64,000 nucleotides of DNA from an uncultured Alphaproteobacteria bacterium (lineage in GTDB: Bacteria > Pseudomonadota > Alphaproteobacteria > M2410), in assembly GCA_965603015.1 (NCBI GenBank), contig CBFDBJ010000008.1, positions 160-64,159 of the forward strand, in the 5' to 3' direction. The notes under the pieces are model-generated. The model saw only the letters and a program-made list of their open reading frames with translations. It ran no database searches and was not told the DNA's origin. Both the position numbers and the translations under genes were made by a program. Shown piece after piece: positions 9,554 through 19,426 of the stretch; position 1 is the stretch's first letter, and every line of letters starts with the position of its first letter.

Positions 9554-10692
9554 AGCCAGGATCTGTAGCCATTGTCGGCGCGGCCGAGACAACCGAGCTT
9601 GGGCGTATTCCGGACCTTTCAGAAATCGGACTGCATGCCGATGCGGCGCTCAATGCGATGAAAGACATGGGCATTGGCCCGAAAGATATTGACGGTATTG
9701 CCACCGCCGGATCGCGTCCGACGGATCTGGCGCACTATCTGGGCATCACGCCGAAATGGGCAGATGGCACGTCGGTTGGCGGCTGCTCGTTCATGCTCCA
9801 CGTGCGCCATGCTGCGGCGGCGATCAATGAAGGGCTGTGCGAAACCGTGCTCATTACCCACGGCGAAAGTGGCAAAAGCCGCGTTGGCAAATCGGGGTTT
9901 GGCAGGGCCGATGCCAGTCTGCAAGGCCAGTTCGAGGCGCCTTATGGCCCGATGGGGCCGCCCACCATGTTCACCATTCCGGTCTTGCGCTACATGAAAG
10001 ACCTGGGGCTCACCCATGAGCAGCTTGCCAATGTTGCGGTAGTTCAGCGCGAGTGGGCGGCGATGCATCCACGCGCAACGTTCCGTGATCCGATTACCAT
10101 TGATGATGTTCTCAATTCACGCATGATCGCCTATCCGTTCCGGCTGCTGCAATGTTGCCTCGTGACTGATGGCGGCGGCGCGCTTATCATGACGTCTGCG
10201 GAGCGCGCGAAGGATTTCCCGACCAAGCCGGTCTATATTATCGGCACCGGTGAAAGCGTCGAGACACCGATGATTTCACAGATGGCGGATTTCACATCGT
10301 CGCGCGCCTTCCGGGTGTCGGGCAAAAAGGCTTTTGAAGAGGCCGGGATTTCACACGACGAAGTCGACCATTTGATGATCTATGATGCCTTTGCCCATTT
10401 GCCGATCTTTGGCCTCGAAGACCTCGGTTTTGTTGGTCGCGGCGAGGCGGGAGACTTCATTATGGAGCGCAATACGGCGCCGGGCGGCAAGCTGCCGATG
10501 AACACCAATGGCGGCGGGCTCTCCTATATGCATTCGGGCATGTACGGCATGTACGCGCTGCAGGAAAGCGTGCGGCAGATGCGCGGGACCTCTCCGGCCC
10601 AGGTTGAGGGGGCGAAGATTTCCGTGTCTCACGGTGTCGGCGGCATGTTCGGTGCGTCGGGGACGATCATCATGTCAAACGAAAGGCCGTAG
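9550..10692 (+). CDS. thiolase-like (SCP-x type) acetyl-CoA acetyltransferase family protein
   Basis: 380-aa ORF with thiolase-fold motifs (GGCSF active-site Cys region and a C-terminal NTNGGGLS...HGVGG segment). Confidence 0.85.
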   Translation: MKPGSVAIVGAAETTELGRIPDLSEIGLHADAALNAMKDMGIGPKDIDGIATAGSRPTDLAHYLGITPKWADGTSVGGCSFMLHVRHAAAAINEGLCETVLITHGESGKSRVGKSGFGRADASLQGQFEAPYGPMGPPTMFTIPVLRYMKDLGLTHEQLANVAVVQREWAAMHPRATFRDPITIDDVLNSRMIAYPFRLLQCCLVTDGGGALIMTSAERAKDFPTKPVYIIGTGESVETPMISQMADFTSSRAFRVSGKKAFEEAGISHDEVDHLMIYDAFAHLPIFGLEDLGFVGRGEAGDFIMERNTAPGGKLPMNTNGGGLSYMHSGMYGMYALQESVRQMRGTSPAQVEGAKISVSHGVGGMFGASGTIIMSNERP

Positions 10693-10702
10693 CATAAATT
10701 TG

Positions 10703-10808
10703 TGTCATCCTCGGGCCACCGAAAGGTGGAGCCGGGGATCTTCTGTCGGACCAGATGTTATGGAGAGAAGATCCCCGATTCCATGCTCTGCATGGCTCGA
10801 GGATGACA
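10703..10808. repeat. palindromic intergenic repeat, TGTCATCC...GGATGACA variant, copy 3
   Basis: tgtcatcctcgggcc...ggggatcttct...agaagatcccc...ggctcgaggatgaca. Both the termini and an internal segment are inverted repeats. The element ends 31 nt before the next ATG. Confidence 0.75.
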
Positions 10809-10839
10809 AAAGATTATAGATGAATGAGCAAGCGATAAT

Positions 10840-11754
10840 ATGTCTACTATCCTCCTCATGAGCACCATGGATCTGCGCGATGATCTGTCTTTCGGGGCGC
10901 ATGAGGTGCGCACCTGGCTGGATGCGGGCGATCTGACCAAGATTGACTACGTTGTCCTGTGGGGCGCCTTTGATCTCGACTACGCCAGCCTGCCGAAGCT
11001 GAAGGCGATCTTTTCGCTCGGCGCCGGGGTCGATCATATGGGTGATCTTTCGGGCGTTCCGGACGGAGTCGCCGTGGTGCGGTTTGTCGACCCTCTGCTG
11101 ACGGAGGAAATGACCGGCTATGTTCTTTTGAATGTGCTCAGGTTTCACCGCGAGGATCCCTGGTATCGTGAGCGGCAAGCCGCCGGTGAGTGGGAACAGG
11201 TGATCCCGCCTGCTGCCGGCGATGTGCGGATCGGTATTGCCGGGGCCGGTGAATTGGGCTCGGCAGCGGCGCGCGCCCTTGTCTCCCTTGGTTATGATGT
11301 TGCGGTGTGGAGCCGTTCGGGGCGCTCGCCAGAGGGTGCCCGGGGGTTTGCCGGGCTGGAGGCCATGCCGGATTTTCTGGGGCGAACAAAAATACTGGTC
11401 AGCCTTCTGCCTCTTACTGAAGAGACCCGCGGCCTGTGGTGCGCCAGAACGCTCGATATGCTGGAAGACGGGGCTTTTGTCATCAACGCCGGGCGCGGCG
11501 CTTCGCTGGTCGAGGCGGATCTTCTGGCCAGTTTGAAAAGCGGACAGATCGCCGGCGCGGCGCTTGATGTCTTTGAAGAAGAGCCGCTGGCGAAGGGCCA
11601 TGCGTTCTGGACTCATCCACAGGTTTTCGTGACGCCTCATGCGGCAAGTCTGTCGAACCCGATTTCGCTGTCGGATCACGTGACACGCAACATCGCGCGG
11701 ATCGAACAGGGCGTGGCGCCGTTCGGGCTGGTGGACCGGGCGAAGGGATACTAG
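10840..11754 (+). CDS. D-isomer-specific 2-hydroxyacid dehydrogenase (GhrA-like glyoxylate/hydroxypyruvate reductase)
   Basis: 304-aa ORF with the NAD-binding GIAGAGELG motif, INAGRG and a C-terminal PH catalytic region. Confidence 0.8.
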   Translation: MSTILLMSTMDLRDDLSFGAHEVRTWLDAGDLTKIDYVVLWGAFDLDYASLPKLKAIFSLGAGVDHMGDLSGVPDGVAVVRFVDPLLTEEMTGYVLLNVLRFHREDPWYRERQAAGEWEQVIPPAAGDVRIGIAGAGELGSAAARALVSLGYDVAVWSRSGRSPEGARGFAGLEAMPDFLGRTKILVSLLPLTEETRGLWCARTLDMLEDGAFVINAGRGASLVEADLLASLKSGQIAGAALDVFEEEPLAKGHAFWTHPQVFVTPHAASLSNPISLSDHVTRNIARIEQGVAPFGLVDRAKGY

Positions 11755-11758
11755 ATCG

Positions 11759-12613
11759 ATGAGTTTTGCCGATCTCAAATTTGAAACACGTGACATCGAA
11801 GGTCTTGCGTGGATGCAGGCCGGACCGGACATCAGCGCCGGAGCGCTCTCGTTCATTTTCATTGGCGGATATGGCTGCAACAAGGAGGTCTGGCGGCATC
11901 AGTTTGAACGCCTGTCGGATCGCCACACCTGTATCGCAGTTGATATGCCAGGGCACGGCGCCTCGGTACCGCAACTGGAGCGCTCGTCCATCGAAGGCTA
12001 TGGCCAGGTGGTGAATGGGCTGCGCGCGCATCTGGGGCTCGAAAAGCCGGTGCTTGTGGGGCATTCCATGGGAGGGCGCGTGGCGCTCGAGGCTGCCCGC
12101 CAGGCGCCGGAGGCCTTTGGCGGGCTGATCCTGCTGGATGTCAGCCGGGCGGTGTCGCCGGATCATGATCCCGATGAGCGGGCCAAGCTGTCCTCCGGCG
12201 AAAGCCACAAGGCGTTCCGCGCGCACATGCGGGCGATGTTTGAGCAGAATTTCTCCGAGACCTGCGACCCGGCGATCCGGGAAGAGATCCGGGCCAGCTC
12301 AAAGGCGCTGGATCATGCCACCGCCAATGCGCTGACGCCGACCATCGGACGATGGGATCACACCCATTGGGAAGAGGCGCTTCGCAGTTTGAAATGTCCG
12401 CTTTATATCGTACAAAGCACCTATCTTGTTTACGGTCAGGCGCGCCACATTCTGGAAGAGGGTGAAAACACGCCATACTTTGATATGGTCCGGGCAATCA
12501 TTCCGGGGGTTGAAATTGATATGATCCGTACGGGGCATTTTTCCATGCTGGAAGAGCCGGTACGGGTTGCCAAAGCGATTGAGGGATTTGCGAGGATGGT
12601 GTCGGGAGAGTGA
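11759..12613 (+). CDS. alpha/beta hydrolase
   Basis: 284-aa ORF with the nucleophile elbow GHSMGG and a C-terminal GH, indicating an alpha/beta fold. Confidence 0.8.
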   Translation: MSFADLKFETRDIEGLAWMQAGPDISAGALSFIFIGGYGCNKEVWRHQFERLSDRHTCIAVDMPGHGASVPQLERSSIEGYGQVVNGLRAHLGLEKPVLVGHSMGGRVALEAARQAPEAFGGLILLDVSRAVSPDHDPDERAKLSSGESHKAFRAHMRAMFEQNFSETCDPAIREEIRASSKALDHATANALTPTIGRWDHTHWEEALRSLKCPLYIVQSTYLVYGQARHILEEGENTPYFDMVRAIIPGVEIDMIRTGHFSMLEEPVRVAKAIEGFARMVSGE

Positions 12614-12624
12614 TTTCTTTCTGC

Positions 12625-12752
12625 TGTCATTGCCCCTCTCGGGTGTGCTTGACACACCCTGTCGGGCAGTGCGAGCCTTGACCCGGTAATCCAGAAAGCG
12701 ACAAACTCTGAGTGGGCAGCTCTGGATCCCCGGGTCAAGCCCGGGGATGACA
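12625..12752. repeat. palindromic intergenic repeat, composite form, copy 4
   Basis: The tgtcattgcc terminus is followed by the gggtgtgcttgacacaccctgtcgggcag hairpin module, then the cttgacccggtaatccag ... ctggatccccgggtcaagcccggggatgaca arms. The element ends 18 nt before the ATG at 12771. Confidence 0.85.
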
Positions 12753-12770
12753 AAGGAAGGTTTGAAAAAC

Positions 12771-13655
12771 ATGCAAACTATTGAATTCACATTTCCATCG
12801 AAAGCCGACGACCTGATGATCGCCGCGACGCGGTGGGGATCTCCTGATGGCGCGAAGGCGGTGGTTCAGATCGCCCACGGCATGGCGGAGCATATGGCGC
12901 GCTATGAAAGGGTGGCGCAGGCGCTGACCGGGGCGGGGTATCTCGTCTATGCGATGGATCATCGCGGCCACGGCAAGTCGATACCTTCAGGCGACGCGCC
13001 GGGCGATTTCGGCGAGGCGGCGTGGGCCGGGCTGGTCGACGATGTGATAACTCTGGGACAGATCATCAAGGAGGATCATCCGGATCTGCCGCTCATACTG
13101 TTTGGCCACTCCATGGGCAGCTTTGCGGCGCAGCAGGTCGCGGTGAAAGCCTCAGGCACCCTTGATGCGCTGGTGCTGTCGGGCTCGGCGGCGCAGGATA
13201 AATTCGTTGAGGCAATGATGGCACCGGCTGAGGATGGGGGTGAGGGCTTTTCGCTGTCCAACATCAATGACGGTGAGGCGCCGGCGCGCACGGATTTTGA
13301 CTGGCTGAGCCGCGACGAGGCCGAGGTCGACAAATATATCGCTGATCCCCTGTGCGGCTTTGAGCTGAAACTGGAATCGCTGGCCTCGGGCATGGAGGCG
13401 GCGTTTGAGGTGGCCAAGCCTGACGTGCTGGCCGCGATCCGGAACGATCTGCCGGTGCTGTTCATCGCCGGTGCGGCCGACCCGATCAACGCCAAGCTCT
13501 CGCTGCTCAATCTCCTCGAGGAGCGTTGGCGCGCGGCGGGGGTCACCAACATCGACACGCAGTATTACGAAGGCGCGCGGCACGAGCTCCTCAACGAGAC
13601 CAACCGCGATGAGGTCACAGCACAGCTGATCGCGTGGATGGACGGGGTGGTTTGA
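12771..13655 (+). CDS. alpha/beta hydrolase (lysophospholipase / monoacylglycerol lipase-like)
   Basis: HGMAEH...YAMDHRGHG and GHSMGS motifs. The start is set at the ATG at 12771, behind the AAGGAAGG RBS. The track start at 12747 lies inside the repeat terminus. Confidence 0.8.
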   Translation: MQTIEFTFPSKADDLMIAATRWGSPDGAKAVVQIAHGMAEHMARYERVAQALTGAGYLVYAMDHRGHGKSIPSGDAPGDFGEAAWAGLVDDVITLGQIIKEDHPDLPLILFGHSMGSFAAQQVAVKASGTLDALVLSGSAAQDKFVEAMMAPAEDGGEGFSLSNINDGEAPARTDFDWLSRDEAEVDKYIADPLCGFELKLESLASGMEAAFEVAKPDVLAAIRNDLPVLFIAGAADPINAKLSLLNLLEERWRAAGVTNIDTQYYEGARHELLNETNRDEVTAQLIAWMDGVV

Positions 13656-13687
13656 GGGGCTTTCTACTCTCGCCCACTACTTTCGAC

Positions 13688-13760
13688 TGTCATGCCCGGG
13701 CTTGACCCGGGTATCCAGTGCGTGGCTTTCTGGATCCCCGGATCAAGTCCGGGGATGACA
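13688..13760. repeat. palindromic intergenic repeat, simple two-arm form, copy 5
   Basis: tgtcatgcccgggcttgacccgggtatccag ... ctggatccccggatcaagtccggggatgaca. It lies between convergent genes. Confidence 0.85.
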
Positions 13761-13779
13761 ATCAATTAATTGGTGATTG

Positions 13780-14496
13780 TCACTTCCCCTCCCACTCCGG
13801 TAATTCCACCTCACCCAACTCACTCAGCCGATAGACTCCCTTGCCTTCAGCCTCAAACCATCCGTAGACGTTGTTATACATGATGTCGCGTGCCTTGGGA
13901 TCTGACAGCTCTGAGGCCACAAGCGCCGCCTTGGTCGATCCGGCGTCGCGCAAATATGCCGCGATCAAAATGGCGCGCTGGCGATAGGAGGTGAGCACAC
14001 CCTTGTTGGTGGCCTGGCCGCCCGGGGTGGTGTCGCCGACGCGGGTACTGAACTCTTTCTTGAGACGCGCGGCGCGGCGCTTGTTGAGCCGGGCCTCCGA
14101 GGGCAGCGGGTCGAGTACGATGGAGACAATGCCGGTTGGTGCGCCCTTCTTGCGGCCGCCAATTTTGGGATCGATGGTGATGAGCCCGAGGCCGAGGCGC
14201 CGGAACAGCTTTAAAATCCGCTTCCTCTCGCGCTTCAGGGTGCCCATGCCCGCCGGCACGCCGACATAGACACTCTCGGTCATGGCAAACCGGTCGACCG
14301 CTTGCAGGATGACCCCGAGATTGAGCTGCAGCTTCAGTTCGACGATGAGCAGCGGCTCTCCGGCTCGCTCGGCGACAACATCACAGCCCTCAATCTCGCC
14401 CTTGACCTCATAGCCAAGGCTTTCAAGGGTGCGTTTCAGCGGCGGATAGAGGTCCTGTTCTTTCATGGGAGGCGGGGTCCGAAGGCTCTGGGGCAT
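13780..14496 (-). CDS. DUF2161-like putative PD-(D/E)XK-fold protein
   Basis: 238-aa ORF. The N-terminal LYPPLKR..LESLGYEVKGEIEGCDVVA....PLLIVELK pattern resembles a restriction-endonuclease-like core (D...E.K). The family assignment is from memory of DUF2161 proteins. An alternative start lies at 14466. Confidence 0.6.
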   Translation of the reverse strand: MPQSLRTPPPMKEQDLYPPLKRTLESLGYEVKGEIEGCDVVAERAGEPLLIVELKLQLNLGVILQAVDRFAMTESVYVGVPAGMGTLKRERKRILKLFRRLGLGLITIDPKIGGRKKGAPTGIVSIVLDPLPSEARLNKRRAARLKKEFSTRVGDTTPGGQATNKGVLTSYRQRAILIAAYLRDAGSTKAALVASELSDPKARDIMYNNVYGWFEAEGKGVYRLSELGEVELPEWEGK

Positions 14497-14569
14497 ATCG
14501 AGGGGCTAGCGAAGGATCATAGACTGATTTGCCCGCGAAACTCAGCGGCTCTGACGTCTGTAGTTCCCC

Positions 14570-14598
14570 TTGCATATCCCCCCCCTTTCGCCTATAAA
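14570..14598 (+). promoter_or_regulatory. candidate sigma70-type promoter for rpmI-rplT
   Basis: TTGCAT (14570-14575) and TATAAA (14593-14598) are separated by a 17-nt spacer, about 110 nt upstream of the rpmI ATG. Confidence 0.35.
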
Positions 14599-14709
14599 CC
14601 GCGCTTCCGAGCCAGCTGGCTGTTAGGGCTGCCATGTTGGTTCCAAATGCCGGTGCGTCTATCCTTGGTATAGATGCGCTAACCTGTTGATTTATAAAGG
14701 AAAAGCAAA

Positions 14710-14907
14710 ATGCCCAAAATGAAGACCAAGAGTAGTGCCAAGAAGCGCTTCAGTCTGACGGCTTCCGGTAAGGTGAAGCGGCAGCAAGCTGGCAAGCAAC
14801 ACGGGATGATCAAGCGGTCTCCGGCCCAAGTCCGGAACCTGCGCGGATCGACCCTTGTTTCCAAGGCTGACGAGAAAAGGGTCAAGAAGCTTATGCCTTA
14901 TGGCTAG
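14710..14907 (+). CDS. rpmI: 50S ribosomal protein L35
   Basis: [14 protein letters not shown]... is a 65-aa basic protein with a canonical L35 N-terminus. Confidence 0.97.
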   Translation: MPKMKTKSSAKKRFSLTASGKVKRQQAGKQHGMIKRSPAQVRNLRGSTLVSKADEKRVKKLMPYG

Positions 14908-14968
14908 GCGGCTTTTTTCCTGATTTCTCCCGGTATTATCCAGTTTAAAGATTTGAAGGACTTCTCTC

Positions 14969-15361
14969 ATGGCACGCGTAAAACGGGGCGTCACAAAGCA
15001 CTCCCGCCACTCAGAAATTATCAAGAGCGCGAAAGGCTATCGTGGCCGTCGCAAGAATACATTCCGCACGGCCATCCAGGCCGTCGAAAAGGCCGGGCAA
15101 TATGCCTACCGTGACCGCAAGACCCGCAAGCGCAACTTCCGTGCGCTCTGGATCCAGCGGATCAATGCGGCATCACGGTCCCATGGTCTGACGTACGGTC
15201 GATTTATCAACGGCCTCAGCCTTGCCGGCATTGAGGTTGACCGCAAAGTTATGGCGGACCTTGCCGTGCGTGAGCCTGAGGCCTTCAAGGCCCTGGTTGA
15301 TCAGGCACAAGCTGCCCTTGCCAAAGCCCCTGAGGCAAGCAAGGCTCCTACAGCAGCCTAA
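14969..15361 (+). CDS. rplT: 50S ribosomal protein L20
   Basis: MARVKRGV...KGYRGRRKN...YAYRDRK is canonical L20, and the gene follows rpmI. Confidence 0.97.
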   Translation: MARVKRGVTKHSRHSEIIKSAKGYRGRRKNTFRTAIQAVEKAGQYAYRDRKTRKRNFRALWIQRINAASRSHGLTYGRFINGLSLAGIEVDRKVMADLAVREPEAFKALVDQAQAALAKAPEASKAPTAA

Positions 15362-15493
15362 GTCCTTATCAAGACTGAACTGATCCCGATCAGGGTCCTG
15401 CCCCGGAATGCCATGTTGCGTCCGGGGTTTTGGTCGTATTCACGAGTTGAAAAGATTCGAAAGGAAGGTTTCCCAGGTTCACTCTTTACGCGT

Positions 15494-15604
15494 TGTCATT
15501 ACCGGGCTTGACCCGGTAATCCAGAAAGCGACGCACTGGATACCCCCTTTCGGGTGTGCTAGGCACACCCTGTCGGGCAACGGGCGTCAAGCCCGGGTAT
15601 GACA
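15494..15604. repeat. palindromic intergenic repeat, composite form, copy 6 (inside the rplT-pheS spacer)
   Basis: tgtcattaccgggcttgacccggtaatccag, then the cgggtgtgctaggcacaccctgtcgggcaa module, then gtcaagcccgggtatgaca. Confidence 0.85.
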
Positions 15605-15646
15605 GCAGAGTTGAGTTTGAGGACCGGAGAAAGGTTAGACGAAACG

Positions 15647-16783
15647 ATGTCGACACCAAGTGAAACTGAACTGGATGCCCTTGGCGGCGCCATCGCCGCC
15701 GAGATTGACGGCGCGGGCGACGGCGGCGCGCTGGAAGAGATCCGCGTCTCTGCGCTGGGCAAGAAGGGGCGCGTCAGCCTCCTGATGAAGTCGCTCGGGC
15801 AAATGAGCCCGGAGGAGCGCCAGACCATGGGTCCGGCGCTGAACGGCCTGAAAGTCAGGATCACTGATCTCATCCAGGCCAAAAAGGATGCCCTCGAAGC
15901 GGCCGAGCTTGATGCGCGGCTTGAGACCGAGCGGGTTGATATCACGCTGCCGGTGGCGCCGGAACTGGAAGGCCGCATCCATCCGGTTTCTCAGGTGACC
16001 GACGAGCTGGTGGCAATCTTTGCTGACATGGGCTTCTCGCTCGCCGAAGGCCCGGACATCGAGGATGATTTTCACAACTTCACGGCGCTGAACTTTCCGC
16101 CCGCCCATCCGGCGCGCGAGATGCACGATACGTTCTTTTTGAAGCAGGACGATGCGGAGCTGCAGGCGCAGCAGACGGGCGGCGCGAGCGGCACCAACGA
16201 GCCGCCAAAGGTTTTGCGCACCCACACCTCGCCGGTTCAAATCCGCCACATGATGAGCCACAAACCGCCGATCCGGATCATCGTGCCGGGGCGGACCTAT
16301 CGCTGCGATTCAGATCAGACCCACACGCCGATGTTCAATCAGATCGAGGGTCTTGTGATCGACAAGGCAACCCATATGGGTCACCTCAAGGGTTGCCTGA
16401 TCGAGTTCATCAAGGCGTTCTTCGAGATTGACGAGATCAACTATCGCTTCCGGCCGCACTTCTTTCCATTCACCGAGCCGTCGGCGGAAATGGATATCGG
16501 CTACACGGTCGATGACAATGGCGAGCAAAAGATTGGTCACGGGGGTCAGTTCATGGAGATCCTTGGTTGCGGCATGGTGCACCCCAATGTGCTGAAAAAC
16601 TGCGGCCTTGACCCCGATGAATATCAGGGATTTGCCTTTGGTCTGGGGGTCGACCGGCTCGCCATGCTGAAATACGGCATTCGCGATCTGCGGCCCTTCT
16701 GGGAGGCTGATCAGCGCTGGCTGAAGCACTATGGCTTCCGGCCGCTCGACATGCCGAACCTGGCGGGAGGGTTGTCACGATGA
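15647..16783 (+). CDS. pheS: phenylalanine--tRNA ligase alpha subunit
   Basis: Class II aaRS motifs ([48 protein letters not shown]). The start is set at 15647 because the track start at 15599 lies in the repeat terminus ATGACA. Confidence 0.95.
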   Translation: MSTPSETELDALGGAIAAEIDGAGDGGALEEIRVSALGKKGRVSLLMKSLGQMSPEERQTMGPALNGLKVRITDLIQAKKDALEAAELDARLETERVDITLPVAPELEGRIHPVSQVTDELVAIFADMGFSLAEGPDIEDDFHNFTALNFPPAHPAREMHDTFFLKQDDAELQAQQTGGASGTNEPPKVLRTHTSPVQIRHMMSHKPPIRIIVPGRTYRCDSDQTHTPMFNQIEGLVIDKATHMGHLKGCLIEFIKAFFEIDEINYRFRPHFFPFTEPSAEMDIGYTVDDNGEQKIGHGGQFMEILGCGMVHPNVLKNCGLDPDEYQGFAFGLGVDRLAMLKYGIRDLRPFWEADQRWLKHYGFRPLDMPNLAGGLSR

Positions 16784-19182
16784 AATTCACCCTGTCATGG
16801 CTGAAAGAGCATCTGGAAACCGATGCCTCGCTGGAAGAGGTAGTCGAAGGCATGATCCGTATCGGTCTTGAAGTTGAAGAGGTCATCAACCCGGCTGAAG
16901 TTTACGCGCCGTTCAAGGTTGCCTATGTGAAGGAAGCCAAGCCTCATCCGGATGCGGACAAATTGCGCGTCTGTCAGGTGGAGACCGACGACGGCGTGCT
17001 TGAAGTCGTGTGCGGCGCGCCCAATGCGAAGACCGGGATGTACGGTATTTTCGCGCCGGTGGGATCGCAGCCGCCGAATGTTGATTTCGTACTCAAGAAA
17101 GCCAAGATCCGCGGTGTGGAATCAAATGGCATGTTGTGCTCGGAACGCGAGATGGGGATTTCCGAGGAGCACGACGGCATTATCGAGCTTGCCGGGGAGC
17201 CGAAAATCGGCACGCCGTTTGCCGAAATCGCGGGTCTTGATGACCCGGTTATCGATTTTGAAGTGACGCCGAACCGGCCCGACTGGAACTCTGTCGCCGG
17301 GATTGCGCGCGATCTGGCCGCTGCTGGCATGGGCACGCTGAAAACGCCCGAGCCAAAAGTTATTCCGGGGGCGTTTCAAAGCCCGCAGGATGTGGACTTG
17401 CGCTTCCCTGAAGCCGGGACTGAGGATGCCTGTTCGCGGTTTGCCGGGCGTTATGTGCGCGGCATCAAGAACGGCCCGAGCCCGCAGTGGCTGCAAACCC
17501 GCCTCAAGGCGATTGGCCTCAGGCCGATCAATGCGCTGGTCGACATCACAAACTACGTCTCCTACGACCGGGCGCGGCCCTTGCATGTCTATGATGCGGA
17601 CAAACTCACGGGCGTCATTCATGCGCGGCTCGGACAGCAAGGCGAGAAATTCCTCGCGCTTGATGGCAATGAATATGAAGTCACAGCCCAGGACTGCGTT
17701 ATTGCCGACGACACAGGTGTGCTTGGGTTTGGCGGCATCATGGGCGGCGAGGATACCGGCTGCACCGACGCGACGGTCAATGTCTTCATCGAGTGCGCCT
17801 ATTTTGATCCGATCCGCACGGCGCGCACGGGTCGCTCGTCAACCATTATGTCTGACGCGCGCTACCGGTTTGAGCGCGGCGTTGATCCGCGTTTTGTGGT
17901 GCCGGGCATGGAACTTGCCACGCAATTGGTGATGGAGTTCTGCGGCGGCGAACCGAGCGAGATCGTTGATCGTGGCCATGACATTTGGCAAGACAAGGTG
18001 GTTTCCTTCCGACCGGCTCGGGTTCTGGAGCTGACCGGCATGGCGCTCGGCGAAGACGAGATGATCGGCATTTTGACCGCGCTCGGTTTTGACGTGAAGA
18101 CCGGTGGCAAGAGCTGGAGTGTCAGCGTTCCGTCATGGCGCCCTGATATTGAAGGCGAGGCGGATATTGTTGAGGAAGTCAGCCACATCCACGGGTTTGA
18201 ACATCTGCCGGCGACGCCTCTGCCACGCCTTGATGTGGTGGCAAAACCGGTACTGACCCTGCGCCAGAGCCGCCATCGCTGGGCGCGGCGCGAAGCGGCC
18301 TCGCGGGGCTTTTATGAAGCGGTGACCTATTCTTTCACGCACCAGCCGTGGGCCGAAGCCTTTGGCGGCGGCGCGGAGGTCCTCAAGCTGGCCAATCCGA
18401 TCTCGTCAGAGCTTGCGGCGATGCGGCCATCGGTTCTGCCCAATCTGGTGGCGGCGGTGCAGCGCAATGTTGATCGCGGTGTTGGCGAAATTGCACTCTT
18501 CGAGCTCGGACCACAATACCGCGGCGCAGAGCCCGACGATCAGGATGCGGTGCTTGCCGGTGTTCGCTGCGGCAGTGGCGCGCGCTCCTGGACCGGCATG
18601 GCGAAAGCCACGGATGTTTTCACGGTGAAGGCGGACGCGCTGGCGATCCTGGCCGAGGTTGGCGCACCGGTGGCAAGCCTGCAGACAACGCCCGATGCTC
18701 CGGCGTGGTACCACCCCGGCCGTTCCGGCACGCTGCGGATGGGACCGAAGATGGTGCTGGCGCATTTCGGCGAGCTTCATCCAGGCGTGCTCAAGCTGAT
18801 GAATGTGAAGGGGCCGGTGTTTGCCTTTGAGACCTATCTCGATGTGGTTCCTGCGCCGCGCAAGAAGGGCAAGACCCGCGCGGTCTATAATGTCTCCGAT
18901 TATCAGGCCGTGGAACGGGACTTTGCCTTTGTCGTGGACACGGGCGTGACGGCCGAGAGTTTGATACGGGCGGCACGCGGCGCCGACAAGGTGCTCATCG
19001 ATGATGTCAGTGTTTTTGATGTCTTCGAAGGGCCGTCGATCGGTGACGGCAAGAAGTCTGTCGCCCTTTCCATAACCCTTCAGCCGACGGAGGGAACCTT
19101 GACTGACAAGCAGATCGAGGCGGTTGCCGACAAGGTTGTCGCTGCGGTCAAGAAGTCGAGCGGCGGCGCGCTTCGCGGCTGA
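16780..19182 (+). CDS. pheT: phenylalanine--tRNA ligase beta subunit
   Basis: 800-aa ORF beginning [12 protein letters not shown], with tRNA-binding, B3/4, B5 and FDX-ACB regions. It overlaps the pheS stop by 4 nt. Confidence 0.95.
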   Translation: MKFTLSWLKEHLETDASLEEVVEGMIRIGLEVEEVINPAEVYAPFKVAYVKEAKPHPDADKLRVCQVETDDGVLEVVCGAPNAKTGMYGIFAPVGSQPPNVDFVLKKAKIRGVESNGMLCSEREMGISEEHDGIIELAGEPKIGTPFAEIAGLDDPVIDFEVTPNRPDWNSVAGIARDLAAAGMGTLKTPEPKVIPGAFQSPQDVDLRFPEAGTEDACSRFAGRYVRGIKNGPSPQWLQTRLKAIGLRPINALVDITNYVSYDRARPLHVYDADKLTGVIHARLGQQGEKFLALDGNEYEVTAQDCVIADDTGVLGFGGIMGGEDTGCTDATVNVFIECAYFDPIRTARTGRSSTIMSDARYRFERGVDPRFVVPGMELATQLVMEFCGGEPSEIVDRGHDIWQDKVVSFRPARVLELTGMALGEDEMIGILTALGFDVKTGGKSWSVSVPSWRPDIEGEADIVEEVSHIHGFEHLPATPLPRLDVVAKPVLTLRQSRHRWARREAASRGFYEAVTYSFTHQPWAEAFGGGAEVLKLANPISSELAAMRPSVLPNLVAAVQRNVDRGVGEIALFELGPQYRGAEPDDQDAVLAGVRCGSGARSWTGMAKATDVFTVKADALAILAEVGAPVASLQTTPDAPAWYHPGRSGTLRMGPKMVLAHFGELHPGVLKLMNVKGPVFAFETYLDVVPAPRKKGKTRAVYNVSDYQAVERDFAFVVDTGVTAESLIRAARGADKVLIDDVSVFDVFEGPSIGDGKKSVALSITLQPTEGTLTDKQIEAVADKVVAAVKKSSGGALRG

Positions 19183-19426
19183 TTGTGCCCGATTTTCTCT
19201 ATTCCCGCAGCGCGGCCATGAGCCCAAAGAGGATTTTTCATAACACCCGAAAACGATCTGGGCCACTGTGAAAATGGGTCGTTCTGTCGCGGTTTGAGTT
19301 GACACTGGTCAAATATTGTTAAGGAATTCTGTGTAAGTTGCAACGGTTCCAGGGACTTACTGGATCTAGAATTTAACTTTTCAGGGCTCACCATGAAGCG
19401 GCCCTATCACACAACGAGGGGGTCTC

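Noticed and set aside
10705-11883. A 392-aa minus-strand ORF antisense to the dehydrogenase and hydrolase genes
   Set aside because: It is Arg/Pro/Gly-rich with no motifs, and it fully overlaps plus-strand genes that have clear family signatures. This is a typical shadow ORF of high-GC DNA. The same reasoning applies to 905-1513(-), 18406-19305(-), 19523-20506(-), 34125-35396(-), 60187-60771(-) and 61117-61908(-).
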